A stretch of 64,000 nucleotides of DNA from an uncultured Solirubrobacteraceae bacterium (GTDB lineage: Bacteria > Actinomycetota > Thermoleophilia > Solirubrobacterales > Solirubrobacteraceae). The stretch spans positions 594,607-658,606 of the forward strand of contig CAVXZC010000012.1 of NCBI GenBank assembly GCA_963766165.1, written 5' to 3'. Of this stretch, positions 28,078-36,923 are shown piece by piece; position 1 is the stretch's first letter; every line of letters begins with the position of its first letter. Under the pieces are notes generated by a model. It saw nothing but the letters and a program-made list of their open reading frames with translations. It was not told the origin of the DNA and searched no databases. The translations under genes were made by a program, and so were the position numbers.

Positions 28078-30128
28078 CGCAGCGCCCGCCAGACCTTCTC
28101 GGCGGTGAAGGGCGGGTCGACGTGGATCCCGCCGAGCGCGTCCGTCAGCGCGTTCGCCACGGCGGGCGGGGCGCCGATCGTGCCCGCCTCGCCGATCCCC
28201 TTGGCGCCGAGCGGGTTCAGCGGCGAGGGGGACTCGACGAACTCGGTGGCGATCGGCGGGACGTCGGCGGCGGTGAGCAGGCTGTAGTCGAGCAGCGACG
28301 CGGCGACCGGCTGGCCGGCCTCGTCGTGGACGACCTCCTCGGTGAGGACCGCGCCGAGGCCCTGGACGGCACCGCCGACGACCTGGCCCTCGGCCAGCAG
28401 CGGGTTGACGATCCGGCCGGCGTCGTCGACCGCGACGAGGCGGCGCACGCGCACGCGGCCGGTCGCGCGGGCCACCTCGACGACCGCCGCGCACGCGCCC
28501 GAGGTGAACGCCTGCTCGGACTCGAAGCGGGCGGAGCCGAGCGCCTCCTCGCCCGCGTCGCGGCGGGCCAGCGCCTCGTCGCAGGCCAGCGCGACGGCGG
28601 AGCCGCCCATGGCGGTCGAGCGGCTGGCGAAGGAGCCGATGCTCTCCGGCAGCCCGGCGCTGTCGCCGGTCAGCACCTCGATGTCGGCCAACTCCAGCCC
28701 CAGGCGCTCGGCCGCGATCTGGGCGAACAGGGTCTCGTGGCCCTGGCCCGACGGCGTCGAGCCGACCCGCACGACCGCGCGGCCGTCGCGCAGCCGCACC
28801 TCGGCCCGCTCCCACAGACCGCCCGAGCGCTCGACGGCCAGCGCGACGCCCGTGCCGACGAGCACGTCGCCGTCGTCGCCGTGCTCGGGCCGGACGAGCT
28901 CCAGCGCGCGGTCCAGGCAGCGCTCGTAGTCGCCCGAGTCGTACGTCCAGCCCAGCGCGGTCGTGTACGGGAAGCTCCGCACGAGGTTGCGCCGGCGCAG
29001 CTCGGCCGGGTCGAGACCCAGCGCCCGCGCGGCGGCGTCGACCGTCCGCTCCAGCAGGAAGATCGCCTCGGGCCGGCCCGCGCCGCGGTACGGCGCGGTC
29101 GGGACCTTGTCCGTGCGCGCGCCCGTCAGCCCGACCTCGACCGCCGGGATGTCGTACGCGCCGGCGATCAGCATCGCCATCGTGTGCGCCGGGATCGCCG
29201 TGCTGGGCAGCAGGTACGCACCGAGGTCGGCCAGCAGCCGCGCCCGCAGCCCGAGCATCCGCCCGTCGGCGTCCAGCGCGAGCTCGACCGCGCCCCGCGC
29301 GCCCCGGCCCTGCGGCGCCGACAAGAAGCTCTCGCGCCGGTCCTCCACCCACTTGACCGGCCGGTCGAGCCGCAGCGCGGCGAGCGCCACCAGCGTCGTC
29401 TCGATCGGCAGCGTGCCCTTGGAGCCGAACGCGCCGCCCACCTCGGGCACGCGCACGCGGATCGACGCCTCGTCGATCCCCAGCGTCTGCGCCAGCTGGG
29501 CCCGCGGCCGGTGCGCGCCCTGCGACGACGTCCAGACCGTCAGCCGCGCACCGTCGCCCGCCGCGAGCGCGCCGCGCGTCTCCATCGGCACCGCGGCCAG
29601 CCGCGGGATCGCGTGCTCGGCCCGCACGACGTGCGCGGCGGCCGCGAACGCGCCCGCGACGTCGCCGCCGCGGCGCTCCCAGCGCAGCAGCGCATCCGCC
29701 GCGCGCGGGTCGACCACCGCGTCCAACGGCTCATAGTCGACCGCGACGAGCTCCGCCGCGTCCTCGGCCAGTGCCCGCGTCTCCGCCACCACGGCGGCCA
29801 CCGGCTGGCCCACATAGCGCACCTCGTCGCGGGCCAGCAGCGGGTGCGGCGCGTCCGCCAGGTCGAGCCCGGGCGCCGCGTCGACGCGCGGCGGCGCCGT
29901 GCCCGCCAGGTCGTCCGCGGTGAGGATGGCCAGCAGCCCGGGCGCGCGCGGCGGCAGGCTGCCGCCGCGGATCCGGGCGCGCGCGTGCGGGCTGCGCACG
30001 AACGCGACGTGCGCCGCGCCCTCCGCCGGCACGTCGTCGAGGAACTGCGAGCGCCCGCGGAGGATGCGCTCGTCCTCGACGCGCCGCACCGGCCGCCCGA
30101 CGAACCGGCCGAGATCGACTGCCGCCAC
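28074..30128 (-). CDS. Molybdopterin-binding large subunit of a xanthine dehydrogenase/CO dehydrogenase-family hydroxylase
   Basis: About 685 aa from GTG (LVAAVDLGRFVGRPVRRVEDERILRG). Active-site loop APYRGAGR (form II-like). Track ORF 28074..31403 is over-extended. Confidence 0.85.
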   Translation of the reverse strand: MAAVDLGRFVGRPVRRVEDERILRGRSQFLDDVPAEGAAHVAFVRSPHARARIRGGSLPPRAPGLLAILTADDLAGTAPPRVDAAPGLDLADAPHPLLARDEVRYVGQPVAAVVAETRALAEDAAELVAVDYEPLDAVVDPRAADALLRWERRGGDVAGAFAAAAHVVRAEHAIPRLAAVPMETRGALAAGDGARLTVWTSSQGAHRPRAQLAQTLGIDEASIRVRVPEVGGAFGSKGTLPIETTLVALAALRLDRPVKWVEDRRESFLSAPQGRGARGAVELALDADGRMLGLRARLLADLGAYLLPSTAIPAHTMAMLIAGAYDIPAVEVGLTGARTDKVPTAPYRGAGRPEAIFLLERTVDAAARALGLDPAELRRRNLVRSFPYTTALGWTYDSGDYERCLDRALELVRPEHGDDGDVLVGTGVALAVERSGGLWERAEVRLRDGRAVVRVGSTPSGQGHETLFAQIAAERLGLELADIEVLTGDSAGLPESIGSFASRSTAMGGSAVALACDEALARRDAGEEALGSARFESEQAFTSGACAAVVEVARATGRVRVRRLVAVDDAGRIVNPLLAEGQVVGGAVQGLGAVLTEEVVHDEAGQPVAASLLDYSLLTAADVPPIATEFVESPSPLNPLGAKGIGEAGTIGAPPAVANALTDALGGIHVDPPFTAEKVWRALR

Positions 30129-30161
30129 GAGCGGCGAGGTTAGTGGGAAGCTGTCGCGCGC

Positions 30162-31001
30162 GTGAAGCTGCGCCTCTACCACCACCCCGACGGCGCGCGC
30201 ATCGCCTACCGGGAGGCCGGCACCGGCCCGCCGCTCGTGCTGCTGCACTCCAAGGGGCTGTCGCACCGGGAGTGGGAGCCGGTCGTGGACGAGCTCAGCC
30301 ACCGCCACCGGGTCGTGCTGCCGGACCTGCCGCTGCATGGCGACAGCGAGGATCGCCCGCGCCACGCCTACACGCCGGAGTGGTTCTATGAGCTGCTGGC
30401 GGGGTTCCTGCAGGACGCCTGCGGGCCGCGCCCGCTGCTCGGCGGCCATGGGGCCGGCGCGCTGCTGGCGCTCGAGGCCATCGCCGCCGGTGCCGTCCGG
30501 CCCGAGAAGCTCGTGCTGATGCCCAACCCGCTGCACGCCGCCCCGGTCCGCGGCCCGCTCGAGCGCGCCGGCCGCGTCGTCATCCGCGCCGCCGCCGTCC
30601 CCGGCTGCGACCGGCTGCTCGCGCGCGCGGCGGTGCTGACCATCCGCCCCGGCCGCGGCGACCGGCTGACCGCCACCCACGCCCCCGGCGCACGCGACCT
30701 GGTCCGCCACGCGCTGATGGACCTCGGCGGCAACGGCAACCGCGTCCGCTCGTGGGCCAAGGCGGCGAAGCGCTGGCCGTCCGGCGCGCACCGCGACCTG
30801 CTCGACGCCTACGCCGGCATGGACTTCCCCGTGCTGCTCCTGTGGGCCGACCAGGACGACGCCCACCCGCTGACCATCGCCGAGGAGGCGCTCGACCTGC
30901 TGCCGGACGCCCAGCTGCGCGTGCTGCCCCGCACGGGGTTCCTGATCGCCTACGACGACCCTGTCGGTCTGGCGCGGGAAATCGTGGCGTTCTGCGGCTA
31001 G
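30162..31001 (+). CDS. Alpha/beta hydrolase fold protein
   Basis: 279 aa; HGGHGAG region and nucleophile-elbow context; divergent from the large-subunit gene. Confidence 0.8.
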   Translation: MKLRLYHHPDGARIAYREAGTGPPLVLLHSKGLSHREWEPVVDELSHRHRVVLPDLPLHGDSEDRPRHAYTPEWFYELLAGFLQDACGPRPLLGGHGAGALLALEAIAAGAVRPEKLVLMPNPLHAAPVRGPLERAGRVVIRAAAVPGCDRLLARAAVLTIRPGRGDRLTATHAPGARDLVRHALMDLGGNGNRVRSWAKAAKRWPSGAHRDLLDAYAGMDFPVLLLWADQDDAHPLTIAEEALDLLPDAQLRVLPRTGFLIAYDDPVGLAREIVAFCG

Positions 31002-31013
31002 GGTACGCGCAGG

Positions 31014-31472
31014 ATGTACGAGCTCGACCGGCCGGAGGAGTGCTCGATCGGACGCGCCATGGAGGTCCTCGGCGAGCGCTGGACCTTCCTGATCCTGCGC
31101 GAGGCGTTCTACGGCGTGCGCCGCTTCTCCGACATGCAGCGCAACCTCGGCATCGCCCGCAACATGCTCTCCACGCGGCTGCAGACGCTCGTCGGCGCCG
31201 GGATCCTCCAGCGCCGGCTCTACCAGGCCGAGCCGGCGCGCTACGAGTACCGCCTGACCGAGGCCGGGCGCGATCTCTATCCGGCGATCGTCACGCTGAT
31301 GCGCTGGGGCGACAAGCACCTGCAGGGCGAGTTCGGCCCGCCGGTCGTCCTGCGCCACAACAGGTGCGGCCACGCCGCCGACCCGCGGCTCGTCTGCGGG
31401 CACTGCGGCGAGGAGCTGCAGGCCCGGGATGTGACGCCCGAGGCCGCAGTCACGCCGCGGGCGGCGGCGTAG
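31014..31472 (+). CDS. HxlR-family winged-helix transcriptional regulator
   Basis: CSIGRAMEVLGERWTFLILREAFYGVRRFSDMQRNLGIARNMLSTRLQTL. Confidence 0.9.
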   Translation: MYELDRPEECSIGRAMEVLGERWTFLILREAFYGVRRFSDMQRNLGIARNMLSTRLQTLVGAGILQRRLYQAEPARYEYRLTEAGRDLYPAIVTLMRWGDKHLQGEFGPPVVLRHNRCGHAADPRLVCGHCGEELQARDVTPEAAVTPRAAA

Positions 31473-32540
31473 CCCCGTTCCGGGTGTGCGCGAGCGCCTC
31501 GCGCGCCATGTCCAGCGCCGGCCCGGCCTGCCCGATCACCTGGGCGATGATCTCCGAGATCCCCTGCGCGCCGTTGAGCACGGTGAGGTTGTCGACGTGC
31601 TTGAACGACTCGGCGGCCGCCCGCACGATCTCCGGCAGCTGCTCGGCGATCTGCTGGCCGATGACCGCGTCGGCCTCCTTCTCCAGCGCCTCGGCGCGCT
31701 TGGCGATCGCCTCCGCCTCGGCCAGGCCCTGGCCCGGATCGACGCGCCCTCGGCCTCGCCGCGCGCCTTGGTGGCCTCGGCCTCGGCGATGCCGCGCCGG
31801 CTCGCGATGCTCGCCTCCGACGTGCCGATCTGCTCGATCTGCTTCGCCTTCGCCGCCGCGGCCAGCTCGACCTCGCGGGCCTGGGCCTGGGCGATCGAGA
31901 TCCGGGCCACGCGCTCGGCCTCCGCCTGGACCTGCTTCTCGTAGGCCGCGGCGTCGGCCGGCTTGCGCACCTGGGTGTCGAGCCGCTTCTCCTCGCGCTG
32001 GGCCTCGAGCTCCGCGACCTCGGTCTCCTGGACCACGACCTGCTTGCGCGCCTCGGCGTCGGCCAGCGGGCCGGCCTGGGCGGACGTCGAGGCCTGCCGA
32101 TCGATCTCCGCCTGGTAGGCGGCCCGCTTGATCTCCGAGTCCCGGCGGGCGGCCGCCTTCAGCGCCTCGGCCTCCTGCTCGCGCTCGGTCGCCTCGCGGT
32201 CGGCCGCCGCCGCGGCGACGCGCGCGCGCATCTTGACCTCGGCGGCGCGCGGCTCGCCCAGCGCCTTGATGTAGCCCGTCGGGTCGATGATCTCCTGGAT
32301 CTGCAGCGAGTCGACCACCAGGCCGAGCTTCTGCATCTCGTCGGCGCTGGCGTCGCGCGTGGCCTGGGCGAGCTCGTTGCGGTTGGCGATCAGGTCCTCG
32401 ACCGACAGCGTGCCGATGATCGAGCGCAGGTGGCCGTGGAAGACCTCGCGGACCAGGTCGTGCATCTGGCCCTGCTGGGCCTCGAGGAAGCGGGTGCCCG
32501 CGTACGCGCGGCGGCCGGTAGTCGACGACGACGACCTCGG
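31450..32540 (-). pseudogene. Flotillin/band-7 (SPFH) protein with frameshifts (N-terminal region and C-terminal tail in other frames)
   Basis: SPFH core in track ORF 31536..32465. C-terminal KAEAIAKRAEALEKEADAVIGQQIAEQLPEIVRAAAESFKHVDNLTVL in the frame of 31450..32808. Confidence 0.65.
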
Positions 32541-32808
32541 TGTACGGGGGGATCTCGCCGCCGTCGACGTCGTGGGCGAGGAATGCCTCGACGCCGCCGC
32601 GGATCGCCACCATCACCTCGCCGGTGCGCCCCGGGCGGATCCCGCCGGTCGACGTCACCCGGCCACGGCAGCCGATTGGTGAGGATTCAACGGACATTGG
32701 CGGCGCCACGGTACTGGCCGTGCGCCCGACCGTCACCCCGGAACTTTGGTGCCGAACCCCGAGCGCTAGCGTTGTCTCGCAAACCTTGAACCGGAGGCGC
32801 TGAGACAT
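32540..32808 (-). CDS. NfeD-like OB-fold fragment (short, no TM region), upstream partner of the flotillin gene
   Basis: GEVMVAIRGGVEAFLAHDVDGGEIPPYTEVVVVDY resembles the NfeD C-terminal beta-barrel. Extent uncertain. Confidence 0.4.
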
Positions 32809-34144
32809 GGGCGTGCAGGAGACCCCTCAAGAGCTGTGGGGCGGGGAGACCCGCAAGGCGGTGGCGAACTTCCCCGTATCCGGGGAGCGCGTCCCGGTGG
32901 CCGTGGTCCGCTGGCTGGGCCGGATCAAGGGCACGGCCGCGCGCGTGAACGCCGAGCTCGGGCTGCTGGACGCCGACAAGGCCCAGCGGATCGCCGCGGC
33001 GGGCGACGAGATCGCCGAGGGGCGCCACGACGACCAGTTCCCGATCGACGTCTTCCAGACCGGCTCGGGCACCTCGTCGAACATGAACGCCAACGAGGTG
33101 ATCGCCACGATCGCCGGCGACGGCACGCACGCCAACGACCACGTGAACATGGGGCAGTCGTCCAACGACGTCTTCCCCAGCGCCGTCCACCTGGCCGCGC
33201 TCGACGAGGCGACCAACGCGCTGCTGCCGGCGCTCGAGCAGCTCGAGGCGTCCTTCACCCGCAAGGCCGGCGAGTTCAAGGACATCGTCAAGTCCGGCCG
33301 CACGCACCTGATGGACGCCGTCCCGGTGACGCTCGGCCAGGAGTTCGCCGGCTACGCCGCGCAGGTCCGGCTCGGCGGCCGGCGCGTCAAGAACGCGCTG
33401 CCCCAGGTGGCGCAGATCCCGCTCGGCGGCACGGCCACCGGCACCGGCCTCAACACCCACCCGGAGTTCGCCGCGCGCGTGCGCGAGAAGCTGTCCGCCG
33501 ACACCGGGCTGACCATCTCCGCGCCCGAGGACCCGTTCGAGGCCCAGGCCAACCGCGACGCGCTGGTCGAGCTGTCGGGCGCGCTGAAGGTCGTGGCCGT
33601 CTCGCTCACCAAGATCGCCGGCGACCTGGCGCTGATGGGCTCCGGCCCGCGCGCCGGCATCGGCGAGCTGTTCCTGCCCGAGCTGCAGAAGGGCTCCTCG
33701 ATCATGCCGGGCAAGGTCAACCCGGTGATGCCGGAGGTCGTGCTGCAGGTCGGCGCGCAGGTGATCGGCAACGACACGGCGATCACCGTCGGCGGGATGC
33801 AGGGCCAGTTCGAGCTCAACGTGCGGATCCCGCTGATCGCCCGCAACCTGCTGCAGTCGATCCAGCTGCTGACCAGCGCCTCGACGCTGCTGGCCTCCAA
33901 GTGCGTCGACGGCATCGAGGCGAATCTGGAGGGCTGCGAGCGCTCGGCCGAGGGCACGCTGGCGGTGGCCACCGCGCTCAACCCGTTCATCGGCTACGAC
34001 AAGGCCACGGAGATCGTCAAGGACGCGTCGGCCAGCGGCCGCACGCTGCGCGAGGTCGCCCGCGACCACGGCGTGGACGAGGAGACGCTCGACAAGGCGC
34101 TCGATCTGCGCAAGATCGCGGCGGGCTCATCTGCCTCCGCTTGA
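32807..34144 (+). CDS. fumC: Fumarate hydratase, class II
   Basis: 445 aa; GSSIMPGKVNP signature, SSNDVFP, full-length single frame. Confidence 0.95.
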   Translation: MGVQETPQELWGGETRKAVANFPVSGERVPVAVVRWLGRIKGTAARVNAELGLLDADKAQRIAAAGDEIAEGRHDDQFPIDVFQTGSGTSSNMNANEVIATIAGDGTHANDHVNMGQSSNDVFPSAVHLAALDEATNALLPALEQLEASFTRKAGEFKDIVKSGRTHLMDAVPVTLGQEFAGYAAQVRLGGRRVKNALPQVAQIPLGGTATGTGLNTHPEFAARVREKLSADTGLTISAPEDPFEAQANRDALVELSGALKVVAVSLTKIAGDLALMGSGPRAGIGELFLPELQKGSSIMPGKVNPVMPEVVLQVGAQVIGNDTAITVGGMQGQFELNVRIPLIARNLLQSIQLLTSASTLLASKCVDGIEANLEGCERSAEGTLAVATALNPFIGYDKATEIVKDASASGRTLREVARDHGVDEETLDKALDLRKIAAGSSASA

Positions 34145-34151
34145 TCGCATA

Positions 34152-34898
34152 GAGGCCTACTACGACGCCGCGCCGCGCTTCGCGGCGCGGACCGAGGAGC
34201 ATGGCCCGTTCACGCTGTTCGTCGGCACCGGGCCGTGGCCCTACTACGCGCGCCCGCGGCTGGGCGGCGACGGGCCGTTCACGCCCGCGGACGTGGACGC
34301 GATCCGGGCGCGCCAGCGCGCGCTCGGCCACCCGGAGGCGTTCGAGTGGGTGCACGAGCTGGCCCCGGAGCTGCTCGCGGTCGTGCGCGGCGCCGGCGTC
34401 GAGGTGCTGGAGGCGCCGCTGATGCTGCTGCGCGACCCGCTCGCTGCCGACACCGCCGGCGTGCGCATCCTCGGCGCCGACGACCCGGCGGTCGGGCCCG
34501 CTCGCGCCGTGGCCGACGTGGGGTTCAAGGCGGCCGGCACGGCGGTGGGACCGGAGGGGGTGCGCGAGCGCGACGTCTCGCTGAGCGAGGCCACGCAGGA
34601 CTTCGTGCGCGACCGCATCCGCCGGCGGCTCACCGTGATGGCGGTGGCCGAGGAGGACGGCCCGGTCGCGGTCGGCTCCCACCAGCCCGTCGGCGACGTC
34701 ACCGAGGTGGTGGGCGTGGCCACGCTGCCGGCGTTCCGCCGCCGCGGGCTGGGCGGCGCGGTGACCGGTGCGCTCGTGGCGGACGCGCTGGCCCACGGCG
34801 CCGGGCTCGTCTTCGTGTCGGCCGGCAGCGAGGAGATCGCCCGCGTCTACGCGCGGCTCGGGTTCGAGCGCATCGGCACCGCCTGCATCGCCGGATGA
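34152..34898 (+). CDS. GNAT-family N-acetyltransferase (start codon unresolved)
   Basis: Acetyl-CoA-binding motif RRRGLGGAV. Coding-type GC3 bias extends upstream of the track start (34293) to just after the fumC stop, with no in-frame ATG/GTG/TTG. Confidence 0.65.
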   Translation, partial: EAYYDAAPRFAARTEEHGPFTLFVGTGPWPYYARPRLGGDGPFTPADVDAIRARQRALGHPEAFEWVHELAPELLAVVRGAGVEVLEAPLMLLRDPLAADTAGVRILGADDPAVGPARAVADVGFKAAGTAVGPEGVRERDVSLSEATQDFVRDRIRRRLTVMAVAEEDGPVAVGSHQPVGDVTEVVGVATLPAFRRRGLGGAVTGALVADALAHGAGLVFVSAGSEEIARVYARLGFERIGTACIAG

Positions 34899-35812
34899 TC
34901 CGGCCGATCGCCGAGCGGCCGGTGCTCGCGGGCGTGCTCGGCGCGCTCGTGATCGCGTTCTCGGCGATCCTCGTCGACCTGGCGAACGTGTCGCCGGCCG
35001 CCGCCGCCGTCTACCGCTGCGCCTACGCGCTGCCCGTGCTGGGCGCGCTGGCCTGGTGGGAGGACCGCCGGTACGGCCGCCGCAGCTGGCGCGAGCGCCG
35101 GCCGGCGCTGTGGGCGGGCGCGTTCTTCGCCGCCGACCTGATCACCTGGCACCACGCGATCGCCGACGTCGGCGCCGGGCTGGCCACGGTGCTGGGCAAC
35201 ACGCAGGTGGTGATCGTGCCGTTCCTGGCCCTGGCCGTGCTGCGCGAGCCCGTGCCGCCCCGGATCCTGCGCGCGCTGCCGCTCGTCTGCCTCGGCGTGC
35301 TGCTCGTCTCGGGCGCGCTGGAGTCCGGCGCCTACGGCGCGGACCCGGCCCGCGGCGTGCTGTTCGGCGCGCTCACCGGGCTCACGTACGCCGCGTTCCT
35401 GCTGATCCAGCGCCACGGCAGCCGCGACCTGCGCCGGCCGGGCGGGCCGCTGTTCGACACGACGCTCGTGGCCATGCTCGCCGCGGTGCTGGCCGACATC
35501 GTGCTGGGCGAGGGCGACCTCGCGCCGAGCTGGCCGAGCGCGGGCTGGCTGATCCTGCTGGCCCTCACGTCGCAGGCGCTCGGCTGGCTGCTGATCACGG
35601 TCTCGCTGCCGCGGCTGCCGGCCGCGCTGACCTCGCTGACGCTGACGATCCAGCCCGTCGCCGCGGTGGCGCTGGGCGCGATCCTGCTGGGCCAGGACCC
35701 GTCGGCGCTCCAGCTCGCCGGCGTGGCCTGCATCCTCGGGGGGCTGCTGTCGGTCGCGGTCAGGCTGCGACCGCGTGTAGCCGTGCGCGCCCGCGGTGCA
35801 GGCGGCTCATGA
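34895..35812 (+). CDS. EamA/DMT-superfamily transporter
   Basis: Start MIRPIAERPVLAGVLGAL (ATGA overlap with the GNAT gene stop); about 10 TM segments. Confidence 0.85.
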   Translation: MIRPIAERPVLAGVLGALVIAFSAILVDLANVSPAAAAVYRCAYALPVLGALAWWEDRRYGRRSWRERRPALWAGAFFAADLITWHHAIADVGAGLATVLGNTQVVIVPFLALAVLREPVPPRILRALPLVCLGVLLVSGALESGAYGADPARGVLFGALTGLTYAAFLLIQRHGSRDLRRPGGPLFDTTLVAMLAAVLADIVLGEGDLAPSWPSAGWLILLALTSQALGWLLITVSLPRLPAALTSLTLTIQPVAAVALGAILLGQDPSALQLAGVACILGGLLSVAVRLRPRVAVRARGAGGS

Positions 35813-36224
35813 CGGTGCCGACGGGGATCCGGAGGTGGGCGGCGGCCTCGCGGTAGGGCAGGCCCTGGACGTCGACGGCGGCGATCACGTCGCGCTGGTC
35901 GGCGGGCAGCGCGGCGATCGCGCCGATCATCTCGCGCGAGGCCAGCATGGCGGCCGGCTCGTGCGCGGCGCAGGCCACGAGCCGCGAGTCCTCGGGCTCG
36001 AGCGGCGCGGTGCGGGGCCGGCGCTCGCGCGCCCGCAGCGTCGACACGTGGGTGTTGCGCAGCGCCTGCAGCAGGTAGGGCCCCTCCGCCTCGATCGCCC
36101 GCGGGCGGGCGAGGACCCGCAGCAGGGTGTCCTGCACGAGGTCGTCGGCCTCCTCGGGCGAGTCGGTCAGCGCGCGGGCGGTGCGGCGCATGGCATCCAG
36201 GTGGGCGGGGGCGAGTTCGAGCAC
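35760..36224 (-). CDS. ECF-type RNA polymerase sigma factor
   Basis: Region 2 (DLVQDTLLRVL) and region 4 HTH (DVQGLPYREAAAHLRIPVGTVMSRLHRGRARL). Confidence 0.8.
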   Translation of the reverse strand: MLELAPAHLDAMRRTARALTDSPEEADDLVQDTLLRVLARPRAIEAEGPYLLQALRNTHVSTLRARERRPRTAPLEPEDSRLVACAAHEPAAMLASREMIGAIAALPADQRDVIAAVDVQGLPYREAAAHLRIPVGTVMSRLHRGRARLHAVAA

Positions 36225-36347
36225 CCCACGAGACTCCCGGGAACGTCAGCCCCCGAACATCCGGGAGATCCCCCCAACGGGTCCCTGAATCCCGCACGCA
36301 CCCGCGCGGCGACCCGCCTCAGGGGGTGGCGGCAGACCGACAGGGGG

Positions 36348-36923
36348 TCAGGGGGAGAGCCGACGCGAGGTCCAGCCGCCGGCGGCGCGGGTGAACAGCT
36401 CGCGGTCGTGCAGGCGGTTCGGCCGGCCCTCCCAGAACTCGATCGCGTCCGGCCGCAGCACGTACCCGCCCCAGTAGTCCGGACGCGGCACGTCCACGCC
36501 GGGGTGGTCGGCGTCCGCCTGAGCCAGGCGCGCCTCGAGGTGCTCGCGGTCCGGGATCTCCGTGCTCTGGCGCGACGCCCAGGCGCCCAGCCGGCTGCCG
36601 CGCGCGCGGGTGGCGAAGTAGGCGTCGGACTCGGCGGCGCTCAGGCGCTCCACCGGCCCCTCCACGCGCACCTGGCGCTGCAGCGGCTTCCACAGGATGG
36701 CCAGCGCGCCGCGGGGGTTGGCCGCCAGCTCGCGCCCCTTGCGGCTCTCGTAGTTCGTGTAGAACTCGACGCCGCGGGCGTCGATGCCCTTGAGCAGCAC
36801 GAAGCGCACCGACGGGGCGCCGTCGGGCGTCGCGGTGGCCAGCGCCATGGCCTCCGGCTCGGGGAGCCCGGCGGCCACGGCGTGCTCGTACCAGTGCCGA
36901 AGCTGCTCGAGTGGGTCGGTCAC
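36348..36923 (-). CDS. pdxH: Pyridoxamine 5'-phosphate oxidase
   Basis: 191 aa; VRFVLLKGID and RLHDRELF PNPOx signatures. Confidence 0.9.
   Translation of the reverse strand: MTDPLEQLRHWYEHAVAAGLPEPEAMALATATPDGAPSVRFVLLKGIDARGVEFYTNYESRKGRELAANPRGALAILWKPLQRQVRVEGPVERLSAAESDAYFATRARGSRLGAWASRQSTEIPDREHLEARLAQADADHPGVDVPRPDYWGGYVLRPDAIEFWEGRPNRLHDRELFTRAAGGWTSRRLSP

Noticed and set aside
28038-30143. 701-aa plus-strand ORF
   Set aside because: Antisense to the molybdopterin large-subunit gene; low-complexity RR/DR composition
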